Shown here in pieces: positions 34,575-51,561 of a stretch of 64,000 bases of DNA. The stretch is from Eledone cirrhosa (Eukaryota): assembly GCA_964016885.1 (NCBI GenBank), contig OZ024748.1, positions 57,722,001 through 57,786,000 on the forward strand, given 5' to 3'. The notes beneath the pieces were generated by a model. That model had not been told where the DNA came from and made no database searches. It saw only the letters and a list, made by a program, of their open reading frames with translations. A program made the translations under genes and the position numbers. How positions within the stretch are numbered: position 1 is the first letter of the stretch; every line of letters begins with the position of its first letter.

Positions 34575-34832
34575 GGTGCACCGCAGCCTGTGTCTGCATA
34601 TATTATGCAACAATGCACAAACGGCGCATGTGGATTCATTAGCGGGTATCGGCAAATAAATAACCAATCGACGACAGAATTCAATTGCAGTCCATGCCGG
34701 CCATGACATTTGTGACGGCCGACAAAGTAAGGTTGTAGCAACTGGAATCTGATACAAGTCCTTCCCCCATCGGCCACCGATTTCCAAATTTACGTGGTGG
34801 CAGGAGATTAGAAAACAAATCTTTCCGCTCCC
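34575..34832 (-). pseudogene. Possible decayed hAT-type transposase fragment
   Basis: Across frames: TNVMAG / HGLQ ... NPHAPFVHCC, resembling D(G)AxVMxG..G.Q...P.A.yvHC. Confidence 0.35.
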
Positions 34833-36644
<1,812 letters not shown>

Positions 36645-36736
36645 ACGAAGGAAATGTGGTAAGGAACCAGGTGGACCATAACGCACCAAAGTACTCAATA
36701 CTTGAGGTAGTAGAGTGGGTAATAGGAACCAGTAAG

Positions 36737-36830
36737 ACCCCGACGGCTGAGCTCAAGCCATTTCGACGGCTAATTCTGGACTAAATGAAAATTTATCCTG
36801 GTATTTAAATAGCCGATCTTCTCAAGGGGT
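36737..36830 (-). ncRNA. Type I hammerhead, U3-A8 core, enlarged stem II (family 2, sense copy)
   Basis: ACCCC-TTGAGAA-GAtCGGCTA...TAGCCGTC-GAA-ATGGCT tgagctc AGCCGT-C-GGGGT. Confidence 0.85.
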
Positions 36831-37925
36831 AATTCCATATATGGTCAAAGTGATTGTCAAAAATCAGTAGTAATTCTGTGGTTGCAAATTAGTAGGGGAG
36901 ATGGTGGCTAAACCTGCCAGTAGGAGAAAGAGGGGAGGGGGTGGAGTAGACCCAATCAAGCGTTGGTAGTGCCAGCTACAGCTGGGCATGAGGTCAAAGA
37001 AGATACAGGGGAGGGGGAGGAAGTCGGAACGGTAGGTAGAACAATGGGGGGTAGAAATAGGAAAGAAAAAATACTGAGAGTGAAGAAAAGCAAATAAGTG
37101 TAAAGAAAAAGTAAAGTAAATAAAATTCTACGACCTAGGTCTCAGGCTATTGTTAGGCTAGAATAAAATAAAGAAAGAAAGAAAGAAGTAAAGAAATAAA
37201 TAAATAAAGAAATAACGAAATAAGTAAAAGAACTAGGTGGGACGGATAGGCGAGGACCCTTTTAAGAGCTATAAGTACGTAAATGATACGGTGACGGGTC
37301 AACAAAAGGGGCCAAAATACTAAAGAGGCTACCACGAAAAAAATAAAGGTTTCCATCCCGGGCCAGCAACGACCCAGTGCAGCAAAGTGAACTTGTACGA
37401 GATAATAATTCTGAGTCCCGAGAAAAATATATACTAATGCTAACTCTAAAAGATCTAAAACAAGCTACATGAAAGTTCGTACGAAATAAAGGTAGAATAC
37501 GGAGAAATAAATTCAGAATCCACCCCGCCCAGAAGAAAAGCGAAGCAAGAAATACTGAAACGAAAAAATAAGGCATAAGTGCCACTAAGAAATATAGAGG
37601 GCACAGAGAATAGTGGGAGCGGTCGGAAAAAGGGGGCAAGTATCCGGGGTCTAAGCCAACTGGTATAAAGGGCGGAGTCCGCCAAATCTATCATAGACTA
37701 GGGGAGGGGTGGTGGGGGTACTAAGGCTACATGGGGCCAAAGGGCAGCCTCGGGTGGGCGAGAAAAGACGCCGACAAAGGAGAAGAGCTGGGGTAGAAGG
37801 ACTAAGGAGAGAGGGTGGAGGGGAGGGGGGAAGGAAATAAAGGAAGCTATAAAAGAATACAAAGAAGATCTTACGTCTTCCTTGGCAAGCAGGGGTTACC
37901 CATTGCAAAATCGGCAAGTGGGGTG

Positions 37926-39720
37926 TTATAGCCCTAGTCTACCCCCCGGGTCATTATGGGGTTTGAGGGCGAGGTAAGTCCTACGCAATCTATGTTTACA
38001 TGCAGTGACCAGTTCGTCTTTCTTGTTTAGGAGTTGGTCCGTCGAAAACAGCATTTGTAAAGTTTCCTCCGAGCATAAATTGCACGGACGGCGTCCTCCT
38101 GTGTAAGAATTGGCTCTGGACAGTAATCTCCAAGTGAGATCATAGGTGATGTTGTTGTCCTTGAGGTCCCATATGTGGCCCGAAAGTGTAGTGGCGTGAC
38201 GCCGGGCCGGGTTTCGGAAGGTATGTCTATGTTGGTATAGCCGGGTCTTGAAGTCACATGCGGTAAGTCCTATATAGGCTTTGTTGGAGGTATCCGTCCT
38301 CACGTTGCACTGGTATATCACATTACGGTCTCTGCATCTATTGTCGAGTGGGCAAATAGATCTATCCGGGCAGTTACACCTCCTGGTCGGTTCTCCACTG
38401 CTATTTAGGTTATTTCTGCCATCGGGGTTGAGTTTTTTGTTGTTAGAGGAGACGACGATGTTTTGTGCGAAGTTTGGTGTAGTGCTGTAAGAGAGTTTGA
38501 TGGTATTTTTGTTAATTATGTTGTGGTAGCGGTGTTGTAATGGGAAGTGTTTTTCAATGAGCCTAAAGAATAGTTTCCCGATGGGAGTTGTCACCTCTGC
38601 GTTGTGGGGAGGATTGAACCATGTTACATTGCGTGAGCGGCGGTGTCTCCTGCTGGTTCCGCTAATGGGAGCTGGACAGTAGGATATTTCCTCCCGGAAA
38701 CCACTCCGCTTGAGGGCCTGGTTGTAATAAGGCGCATGTTCATCGAATATCCGCTCATTAGCTGACAAACGGGATATGCGGAGGGAGATGTTTTTGACCA
38801 GGTTGTTTGTGATGTTCCTAGGATGGTTTGATCGGCGGTGGATGTAGTGCAGATTGTCATTAGGTTTCCTGTATGGGTAGTACAGGTCGTTTTCGAGGTC
38901 GAGGGTCACGTCCAGGAAGTTTACTCGGGTCAGGGACGTTTGTAGGGTTATTTTAAATCCCCAGTCGCGGAAGAATCTGATTAATTGTTTCCGGACCCGA
39001 TCTGTACTACTGGGGTTGTACCCTTTAAGGGTAAGGAGCCCATCATCCCGGTACAATCCACCACCGAATGCAGGAAACATATCAGTGAGTTTGGCTATTA
39101 GGAATAATCCTATAAGATCTGTGACCTCCGCCGAATCCGTGGCGCCCATGATGACGTCGAAGGGTGAATCGGGAGCTCTTTTTATCCATTTAGAGTCGTC
39201 AAAGAGTAAGACTGTCTTCCTGGCGTGGAGGATGATTTTTCTTTCCTGGTCGGTGATGGGCACAAGTGTTTCGGCGAAGTCCAAGGCGGCAGTAAGTAGC
39301 GGTAAGGTGATTGAAGCATAGTAGCTCTCTATGTCGAACTGTATGAATTTAGTTTCTCGTTTATCCTCCATATTGCTGAACCAGGAGATTACTTCTTGGG
39401 TGTTGATCCATAGGCTAAGTCGGGTGTGTTGCTTGACTTTTGGTATCACGCGGTCTAGGATTTTTTTGCTGATTCTCCCTATGTCGGACTTCGTTGGGTT
39501 AATAAGCCTGATAGAGGGTTTACGGTCAAAATCGGATTTATGGTCCTTCAGTGTGAAGTATGGTGTCCGTGGGTCTAGAGGTTCCGTGCGGTCGGCGACC
39601 CCGAGGCTGGAGGTGATTTGTTGTCCATCTCGATTTATGTCCTCGATGCAAGAGTGGTTGGCCTTTTTATAGGTGGAGTTTAGGCTGCTCCTGATCAGTG
39701 TGTGGTATCTGTCAGGGTTG
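37926..39720 (-). CDS. PLE RT + GIY-YIG endonuclease, uninterrupted but N-terminally truncated
   Basis: TLKDHK..IRLINP, FDIESYY, MGA, YRDDG, FLDVTL, WFNPP, CNCPDRSICPLDNRC, VIYQC..AYIG..FKTR, CNLC..E, LLNKKDEL. Frame appears open to the inversion junction. Confidence 0.95.
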
Positions 39721-40256
39721 ACGGGATGGAAACCTTTTTTTTTTTCGTGGTAGCCTCTTTAGTATTTTGGCCCCTTTTGTTGACCCGTCACCGTATCATT
39801 TACGTACTTATAGCTCTTAAAAGGGTCCTCGCCTATCCGTCCCACCGAGTTCTTTTACTTATTTCGTTATTTCTTTATTTATTTCTTCTTTACTTCTTTC
39901 TTTCTTTCTTTATTTTATTCTAGCCTAACAATAGCCTGAGACCTAGGTCGTAGAATTTTATTTACTTTACTTTTTCTTTACACTTATTTGCTTTTCTTCA
40001 CTCTCAGTATTTTTTCTTTCCTATTTCTACCCCCCATTGTTCTACCTACCGTTCCGACTTCCTCCCCCTCCCCCTCCCCTGTATCTTCTTTGACCTCATG
40101 CCCAGCTGTAGCTGGCACTACCAACGCTTGATTGGGTCTACTCCACCCCCTCCCCTCTTTCTCCTACTGGCAGGTTTAGCCACCATCTCCCCTACTAATT
40201 TGCAACCACAGAATTACTACTGATTTTTGACAATCACTTTGACCATATATGGAATT

Positions 40257-40350
40257 ACCCCTTGAGAAGATCGGCTATTTAAATACCAGGATAAATTTTC
40301 ATTTAGTCCAGAATTAGCCGTCGAAACGGCTTGAGCTCAGCCGTCGGGGT
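40257..40350 (+). ncRNA. Type I hammerhead, U3-A8 core (inverted copy); predicted cleavage after C40345
   Basis: Same fold with perfect stem III ACGGCT/AGCCGT and GUC triplet. Confidence 0.87.
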
Positions 40351-40362
40351 CTTACTGGTTCC

Positions 40363-42056
<1,694 letters not shown>

Positions 42057-44556
42057 TAAAATGTATTCCGTTCTATTATTAACGATTTGATCAGTTTCAC
42101 ATCATGAATATTATTACATAATTTATATTATAAAAGCAACCCAGAAACATATGCAAAGTAATCCCATTTAACTATAATTTGAAGTGAATCATATAATATA
42201 GTGTGAGAAACATGGACATCCCATTTCTTCTCATGGTGTATGAAGAGTGAGGAAAACTGTCAGAATCCATCTTACACTAAGCTAAGCTGCAATGATGTGA
42301 TAGCTGGTCATTAGCAGATGTGAAGGATATATTCATAGACAACACTTGAACAACTTCTTCACAGCTACTGGTAGTTAGGTTAATAAGCTCATTACAGCTA
42401 TCTCTCGTTTATGAGAAACAGACCGAATATCAGATCACGATGTTTAATATGTGTGCTGCTACGAGACATTCGATGTCCCGGAATTCGTTGTGATTGGTAT
42501 TGAAACGTATATATATATATGTTGAGGAGACTGAAGGTTAATTTCGTTTGCATATCTTGCTTCCCATATCATTAGTGCTGTAAAGAAACTTTCAGATATG
42601 AAATATTTTAAAGACTGACAAGCTGAATATTCTAGTAATAATCACAGGTTGAATCGTATTAATATTCATTAAAATCTCAAAATTAGCCTGAATAATCAGA
42701 AATAAAAAGGCCATATTTCAATATTAATCTTTATTTAACATCAACAGGCATTTTATATTTTCCTATTTGATGCCTTTATGGCACCAAATCACCATTAGCA
42801 CATTCATATCAGCATGAAATCAAATGTATGACTACTACAATGCCTATATCAACTATAAAATTATCGATTATATCGGATAAATTACCCGTAATGATGGCGA
42901 AAAATCCGTTTCCAGGGTGAATTTATTTCATTATTTTAAAGTTTATATATGAACTGTGATACATATTGGGAAGATAAACAGATTCCAAATTTTCACAGCT
43001 GACTAATAGCTTTATCAACCTGAACATCTATTCAAACTATTATTTGACGAGCATTTTGGAGAGAGAATCCATACCGGAGACAGTTATAAAAGCTCATATT
43101 CATTCAATGCAATGCTAAATATTTCGATATGTATTAAACAAAAAAACAAAAAATAGTTGATAAATAAGTATGGGATTAACTTGACTGAAGGTAATGGCAG
43201 GATAGAAAGCAGTTTAAAGTTATTTATGGATCTATGAGTGTGTTTGTTCATAATTTTAATGTGCAAGTGTCTGAGCATTCAAAACGCATGTTTACCATTA
43301 AATATAATTCTCGTGAAAACTCAACCTAACATAGAACAGAGAGCGTGACAATGTTGTTCCTTTGAAATAGTGCAAAAAATGAGTGCATTGAGTGGCGTGG
43401 ATCGAACAAAATGATATAAATTTTTTCCCTCAAGGTACAATGTGCCATCAACAGTCGAACGCATGATCTTACGAACAATAGGCAAATGCCCTTGCCTCTA
43501 ATGCGAATTTCCCTTTCAATTGAAATATTTATGATTAAAGAAGAGATTCGTAGAATCCTATTTGATGATGTAATTCTTCGATTAAACATTTTATGCATGC
43601 TTTTAGAGTTACAGGTAACCTGATCAAAATATTGTATTGAAGAATAGATAAGGATCTTGTCAAATTGTGTACGTGGGAAATGGAAATAATGAAATAATGT
43701 GGTGACACACACAAACACCTATATACATGCAAGCATACACACACACCTCCACACAAACAGACATACATACATACACTGTGTTTAGTACATTTAATCCCTT
43801 ACCATCGTTTCCTCCATGCAAAGAGGTTTCATCAGAGTATAAAATGAAGTTTGAAATACAAATATAATATCAGAGGTTTGTCGCAATACACACACACACA
43901 CACACACACGCATTTATAGGTATAAAGAGGTTTATTTACAATAGTTTATAACTTTGCTTATTAATCCGTATGGTGAACAAATGGAACCCTACGTGCTAGC
44001 CTCGCCACAGCCCTGGCGGACAGGATGGAGAAGGCGTTTTCCCGGAGGATGGTAATGGTGATCGCAGGTCTTACGATGTTTGTTATATTATATTTTAGGT
44101 TTCATTTTAGTTACGGATTTTAAGCATACATTTAGCACCACCTGGCGATATCAGCAATTTTCTAACTGCTTGCGTGTTATAATTGTTGTTCCAGCTATGT
44201 ATGTTATGAAAATATATTTACCCACATGGGACCATTAGCAATGTTCAATAAAACTGCTTTCAAATGATTAAACCTTCCATTAGATATATCGGAAATGGAA
44301 TAGATATAATTTGTTGTCGAAACGATACATATGTAATCTAACTTTGCATTTTACATTTGGTGAGGGAAACGGGTGAGATAAATATTTCCTATTGGAAATT
44401 TACATAGTTTACCTATTGCGACAGAGGATATTATAGCTTAGAATTATCTATTATATAGTGTAATGATCTACCAAACCCGAACAGTTTTATATATGATTTA
44501 AACATTTATGTGGCGCTTAATGTGTAATGTCTATTTTCTATATGCTAAGTGTTTAT

Positions 44557-44604
<48 letters not shown>

Positions 44605-45494
44605 GTGTCTGAGTATGTGTGTGTTTATATATATATTTGATGTCTATGTGTGTATGTCTTTATGAAGTCATTACGTACAGCAACACAATACAGAGCAAAG
44701 GAACTATTTACGCTTTATTGTTGTACATTATGTGTGACACTTGTTAGAGGTGATATGATAAAGGACACTTAGTATCAGTTGCATTCCATTTTAGATCAAT
44801 TGTGATTCAGTTTTCGGTTCCAATTATTGTAAATGCTCTTCACCATGAAAAGAATCAACACGTTTTTATAAACACTTGCATAACATTATAGTTGTACGTC
44901 ATATAAATATATACATATATATTAGTTCTAAACATAATGGAATCAAATTCTGAATGTCACTGTGTCCGTCTTTCTTGCTTTCCACATTTCTCACTATTAT
45001 CAGCAAAATTGGTCCCGCGGACCCGGAGGAGCGCATAGAGATTGCGTTTCTGCGGAGGATGGTGACGGAAACGCCTTAGAAGAGCCATTCCAGCTTACCA
45101 GGCTCACACCTCCGTGTAGCCAACTCCGTGCCGATAGTGGTGAGTAGGGAAGTGGCCCTATGGTCAAGAACACCAGAAGTCTCCATTGCAACGGACTTGA
45201 CCACAAACCTGGCGATTATACGGTCATGCAATTAGAATATCTAATGTAAGAATTGCTAGACATATGTTACGGGCAAAGGCAACTGACAACCAGCAAAAAC
45301 TCCGATATGGACCATGAATAAAAGAGTTGGATAGTATCCATAAGCTAGTTTGGTCTAGCATAGGAACCCAGCCAGATCAATTAGATGCGGCTGGTTGAAT
45401 AGGACCTTCTGAACGGATAGCCTGAAAATGTTGAATTATATGGTAGAAATAGTAGCGACAGGACTTTTGGCAACACAGATTATAATAGCTTTCT

Positions 45495-45872
45495 TGGTGG
45501 ATTGGCAGTATCGGTAGAGGGTCGGACGCCATGCTTTCCAGCATAGTTACGTCCCTTTACGATCTGAGTTCAAATCCCGCCGAGGTTGACTTTGCCTTTC
45601 ATCCTTACGGGGTCGATAAAATAAAGTACCAGTAATGCACTGGGTAATTACTGGCCTAGTGCCTAAAGTAGAAACAATTATATAGAAAAGGACGGTGATT
45701 CGGCAGGGTCGGATGCCATGCTTTGGAGCAAAGAGTTATGGCCCTTATGGTCTGATTTCAAATCTCGCTGAGGTTAACTTTGCCTTTCATCCTTACGGGG
45801 TTGATAAAATAAAGTATCAGTAATGCACTGGGTAATTGCTGGCCTTGTGCCAAAAGTAGAATCAATTATATA
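45495..45872 (+). mobile_element. Two tandem tRNA-derived SINE copies
   Basis: 45495-45682 and ~45690-45872, each with GGGTCGGA.GCCATGCTTT...TCAAATC...CTTTGCCTTTCATCCTTACGGGG...AAAGTAGAA. Confidence 0.92.
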
Positions 45873-46614
45873 GAAAATACGTAATATGACAGTTGCAGCT
45901 TGATAACGTCTGTCTCCCCCATTGTCTGCCTGGTGCGGTCCGGAAGATGGATGGTCCGTGATTGATTTGTCAGACCTGCAGGTTTTGGTTTGGAAGGAAG
46001 TAAAAAATTGTAGTTGCTGACACAGAAACGAAAGACTAACCATGGTCCTATTACGTTTGTCTATGCAACACTTTGATAAATATGGACCCAGAACAAAACA
46101 GAAACTGCTTGCACTTCATATGAAATGCAGTTCAAAGCATTTTACAACATATTTTAATCGTAGAACGAATATCTTTTATATAAAATTTAAGATTGAAATG
46201 CTATGGCACATGCTGATAGTTAGTTTAATTTGAGTCATATTATAGATATTTCAAAGGTTCTAATATATAATTCAATGCGAATTTATTTCCACGCTCTAAC
46301 GTCACATAAAATTCCTAACATATCAAAATGGGAATATGTAACATATTCTTGGGTAATATGACTGAGTATAGAATATTACTGATAAGATCGTGTATCAACT
46401 CTATATGTAAAAAAAATCTACATACACAATACTGATATAGAAGATATAACTGGCGTCCACTAGAAATTGAAATTGAGTGATCTAGCTGGAATTTACTGCT
46501 CTTAATTGTTAGCTTTTCTGATACCTTTCTGGAATTTTTTGTTGTTATATCAATATATAATCATAATTATATATCATAAATATATATCATAATTATGATA
46601 CTCTTTTTGATTTA

Positions 46615-47640
<1,026 letters not shown>

Positions 47641-47874
47641 TACTGGTATGTAACAAGAAATTTGAATTCATAGAAAGCCTGCCAAATTCTCTGTTTACTT
47701 TTTAAGGAGGACACATTGAAATGCATTGGAGCTACAATTATTCCGTTCAGAATTTCAGATGGTCGTAACGACATAACTGCAACATATATAACATAATTAT
47801 GCTCTCCATTGTTACATCAACCTATGATAGGCATTTATATCTGTTTTCCATTAAATTAAATCTGTTGTGAGCGT

Positions 47875-48092
47875 GGAGAACTGACAGTATCATTAGATGA
47901 ACGAACAACATATATACGTCATAGACTGACATCCTTTTAGGTTCTGATTTTAAATCCTACCAAGGTTACTTTGTCTTTCACACTTACGTGTCGATATACT
48001 AAAGCACCAGTAATGCACCAGGGGAAAATGTTTCAATCGAATTTACCCCTTTCCCCCAACTTGGTGCCCTTGTGTCTAAATCAGAAATCATT
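47875..48092 (+). mobile_element. Degenerate SINE
   Basis: TTCTGATTTTAAATCC..AGGTTACTTTGTCTTTCA..GTCGATA..CCAGTAATGCAC. Confidence 0.7.
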
Positions 48093-48759
48093 AAATTAAA
48101 TCGGTTGTATCGTTCGTGTAAAATATTAATCGACCTAGCATGAGGATGGTAACATTTCTCAGTTGATTTTCTCTACATCTAACGCTGTAACAGTTGATGA
48201 GCTTATCAGCTCATTAGCTGTGACAGCGATCAGCTCATCATCGTGATGAGCTGATAAGAGTGTGCATGGGAATGAGAAAGAGAAAGAATGAGATAGAGGG
48301 AGAGGACGGTGTCGTAGTGATGGATCTGTAAGACTTGTTTCTTAAAACACCATGGAGTCAACTGGTTTAGAACATGTTATCACCCTACATTACAGCTTTA
48401 AACATTAAGAAGACTTAATTATTTCAGCCAGTCTAGCTATGCAACACACCACACTGAATTCCCTTGAGAATTGAGTTAAATATACACGTATTTGTGGCAT
48501 GCTTAGCCAATTGCGTATAAGTATTATGAGGTGGTTGTTCTGTTGGCCGCGGACTCTTTTCTATTTTTATTCCAGTAACTCCCGAGGTAGTCGTTGAGGT
48601 GCCGTATTGGCATAAGGCGTTGCCTGGTTACGTATAAACCTGGTGAAAGCCATTTATTTTCATGTCAGAATACAGCATATACTTCCAGAGAAGGATAGCA
48701 AGAGTGGTAGAACGGTAGAGAGAAAGAGATATAGAAGAAAACGTGAGCCCAGCAATAGC

Positions 48760-48880
48760 CTGGTATATTTTATCGACCGCAAATGGATATAAGGCAAAGT
48801 TGACTTTTGTGGGATTTGAATACAGAGAGCGACAGAGCCGAAACTGATACCGCAAAGCATTTTATCCGACTTTCTAATGA
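48760..48880 (-). mobile_element. Degenerate SINE
   Basis: TTTATCGACC..GGAT..AAGGCAAAGTTGAC..GGGATTTGAA. Confidence 0.7.
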
Positions 48881-49624
48881 ATCAAATAATTGGGTTGACC
48901 ACGCTACGCACACACAAATAACATTTTGTGACGGCAGAGGCAAATAGTAACGGTTAGAGCAGTATACTCTAGGTTAATCTAATTAAAATACTCTCCTGAA
49001 TGCAAATGTTACATGCTTCAGGACGCATATCTTGTGATATATAATTATACTGCATTATGTAACATGAGAGTAGACATCATCAAGGGAAAATATATCAGCG
49101 TTCAGCCTTCATGTTAGTGATTTTTTAAAATATATGATAAATCCATGAATTATCTACATTTAAAAACGTTTTTGGAATATTATATGTGTTTTATAGCTTA
49201 ATGGAATTCTTATGTAAACTAATAGGAATGTATTAGTTGAAATTGTAATTTGACAGGTTGGATTTGAATTAGATAAAAATGATTTATGGGCAATACTGTA
49301 AGTTTTTATCGACTATAGTGCATCGGTTTCCGATATACAGTAAACATTTAAATAAATGTATATGTTTATATGAAATATTATGTAGATTTATATCTTATTT
49401 TCATAAGTAGTTACGTACGTCGAAAAATATTTCGATTTGTGTCTTGAAGCAATTCGTATATCAGAAAATGGAAGCAGGTTAAACTAACTGGTTCTTGCAG
49501 TTTTAGTATGATGACCATATTTATATATGTATAAATATTATTATTGTCGAGTATATATATCGTGTGGAATGATATGCAAAAAAATCTAATTTTCCATTCT
49601 ACAAGCAATATATTGTTTGCATTA

Positions 49625-49809
49625 GGGCGGTGGATTGGCAGTTTCGGTAGAGGGTCGGACGCCATGGTTTCCAGCATAGTTACGTCCCTTTACGATCTGA
49701 GTTCAAATCCCGCCGAGGTTGACTTTGCCTTTCATCCTTACGGGGTCGATAAAATAAAGTACCAGTAATGCACTGGGTAATTGTTGGCCTTGTGCCTAAA
49801 GTAGAAACA
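49625..49809 (+). mobile_element. tRNA-derived SINE, full length, 18-bp TSD
   Basis: AATATATTGTTTGCATTA at 49607-49624 and 49810-49827. Confidence 0.95.
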
Positions 49810-50449
49810 AATATATTGTTTGCATTAACACATGTTTGGGAAAATATTATGTTCTAACATTAAAGAAGGTATAGGAATCTTTTTATATACTGAATTTTTG
49901 AGAGGCAACATTTACTTGGCTTTCTTATATCATGTATGGCTCCTTCTTAATTACTTCATCGAATCTCTGAAATATTTTCATTTATGTTGCCAATGTGTCT
50001 CACAATATCATGGAATCATTCTGAACGATGTAATTTCGTTAAAGAGGCGTCACATGAATTCTTCTCAATTAAATTTGTTATAGGGTTGATGTAACGTGAT
50101 TTGCGTTGAAGTTCGATTTATCGTTGCATGACATGAGCTGGGCTATTCTTCAAACGTCTTACAAGAACAGCCTCGTTCAAATTGAGGGGAAAGTCATCAA
50201 ATCACTTTTTCTAAATAATAAAAACCTCTACACCAACATTATTTTAAATACAAGGTGTTCTAATAAATAAGAAAACGTAACATTGCATATTGTGATATGT
50301 AATGCTAGAAGCAAAAAGTTGAGGTTCGCATCGGGATTGCTTATCAGCATACATGCACTTGATGGTTATTAATCACAATTACATCCCTCCTAACATTTAA
50401 CTCTGCTGTTGTATTAAAGGAACTTATATGCACTCGCACGATACGTAAA

Positions 50450-50692
50450 GTCTAACATGTGCCTTTTATCCTTACTGGGTCGATAAAATAATGTACCAGT
50501 AATGTACTAGGTATTGCTTGCCTTGTACCAACAGTTGAAACAATTATTATCTTTCTCGAGAGAGAGGATAGCTTTCCTTTTCATCTTCATGGGGTGATGA
50601 AATAAAGCACCGGTAATGCACCGGGATTGATTTACTTGACTTTACCCTCCCCTAAAATGTCTGACTGTGTGCATAAATCAGTAACCATTATT
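50450..50692 (+). mobile_element. Two partial SINE 3' halves
   Basis: GCCTTT.ATCCTTAC.GGGTCGATAAAATAA at ~50461 and CCTTTTCATC..GGGG..GAAATAAAGCACC at ~50576. Confidence 0.75.
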
Positions 50693-51461
50693 ATATTCCC
50701 CTAATCTAGAGGAGTCAGAAATGAAATACACACCATGTATTGATGACATAAATGTTCACAAGAATTAGTTAGAAAAGTCTAGCTTGCCTTTTTAACAGAA
50801 CATTACCATCTTAACATATTGCTGTGGCTGGCATTCTAACTGTGAATACGATAAAATGTAGATTTAAAATAGATTTTATTTTATTAAAATATGTGATATA
50901 TATTAATTAATAATTAGTAGAAACATGCTGGAATCGGTCAGAAATTAGAAAGTAAATATATGTAAATTCCCGCGTCTCCGACGGAAATTTTTATGTAATA
51001 TAAATGAGAAATTAAAAAAAAAATCTTCCCATATACCAGATGCATGTCCGATAAATTAGTTGCCTAATTGTGTTTAAATCATGAAAACCTCAACATGTTC
51101 TTGTCTCTATTGCATACAAACTGCCGCGAGATAATTAACGCTTGGCCCATCAATGTTTGTTGTAATTACCATAATATTGCATTTTCTATAAAACAGAATA
51201 AAAGAGAAGCGTGTTGGGAATAAAAGAACAAAACAAAACAATAAAACAAAACAAAACAATAGAGCATCTTAATCTCGTGGTATTACTATTTCATTTTGAG
51301 CATGATTAATGAAATGGAAGTCGGAATAACTAAATGTATATAGCGCATTATTTACTATAATTGAGTTCAGTCAAGATTTTGACTGCAGGCTTAACTGTTA
51401 ATAGAAAACGAACGTGGAGGAAAATATAAAGTAATTTACCATTAGAAATGAGATTCTGATT

Positions 51462-51493
<32 letters not shown>

Positions 51494-51525
51494 TGTTGTT
51501 GTTGTTGTTGTGGCTATTGTTGCTG

Positions 51526-51561
<36 letters not shown>
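51462..51561. repeat. Compound (GTC)n(GTT)n(TAT)n microsatellite
   Basis: Direct reading. Confidence 0.95.

Noticed and set aside
44133-44148. TAGCACCACCTGGCGA shared with the CR1 3' UTR (28806-28821), CTCF-motif-like
   Set aside because: A 16-nt match with no further homology; function cannot be supported from sequence alone.
43990-45470. GC-richer islands at ~43990-44075 and ~45005-45470 as host exons
   Set aside because: No convincing ORF, splice pattern or protein motif; probably old repeat fragments.
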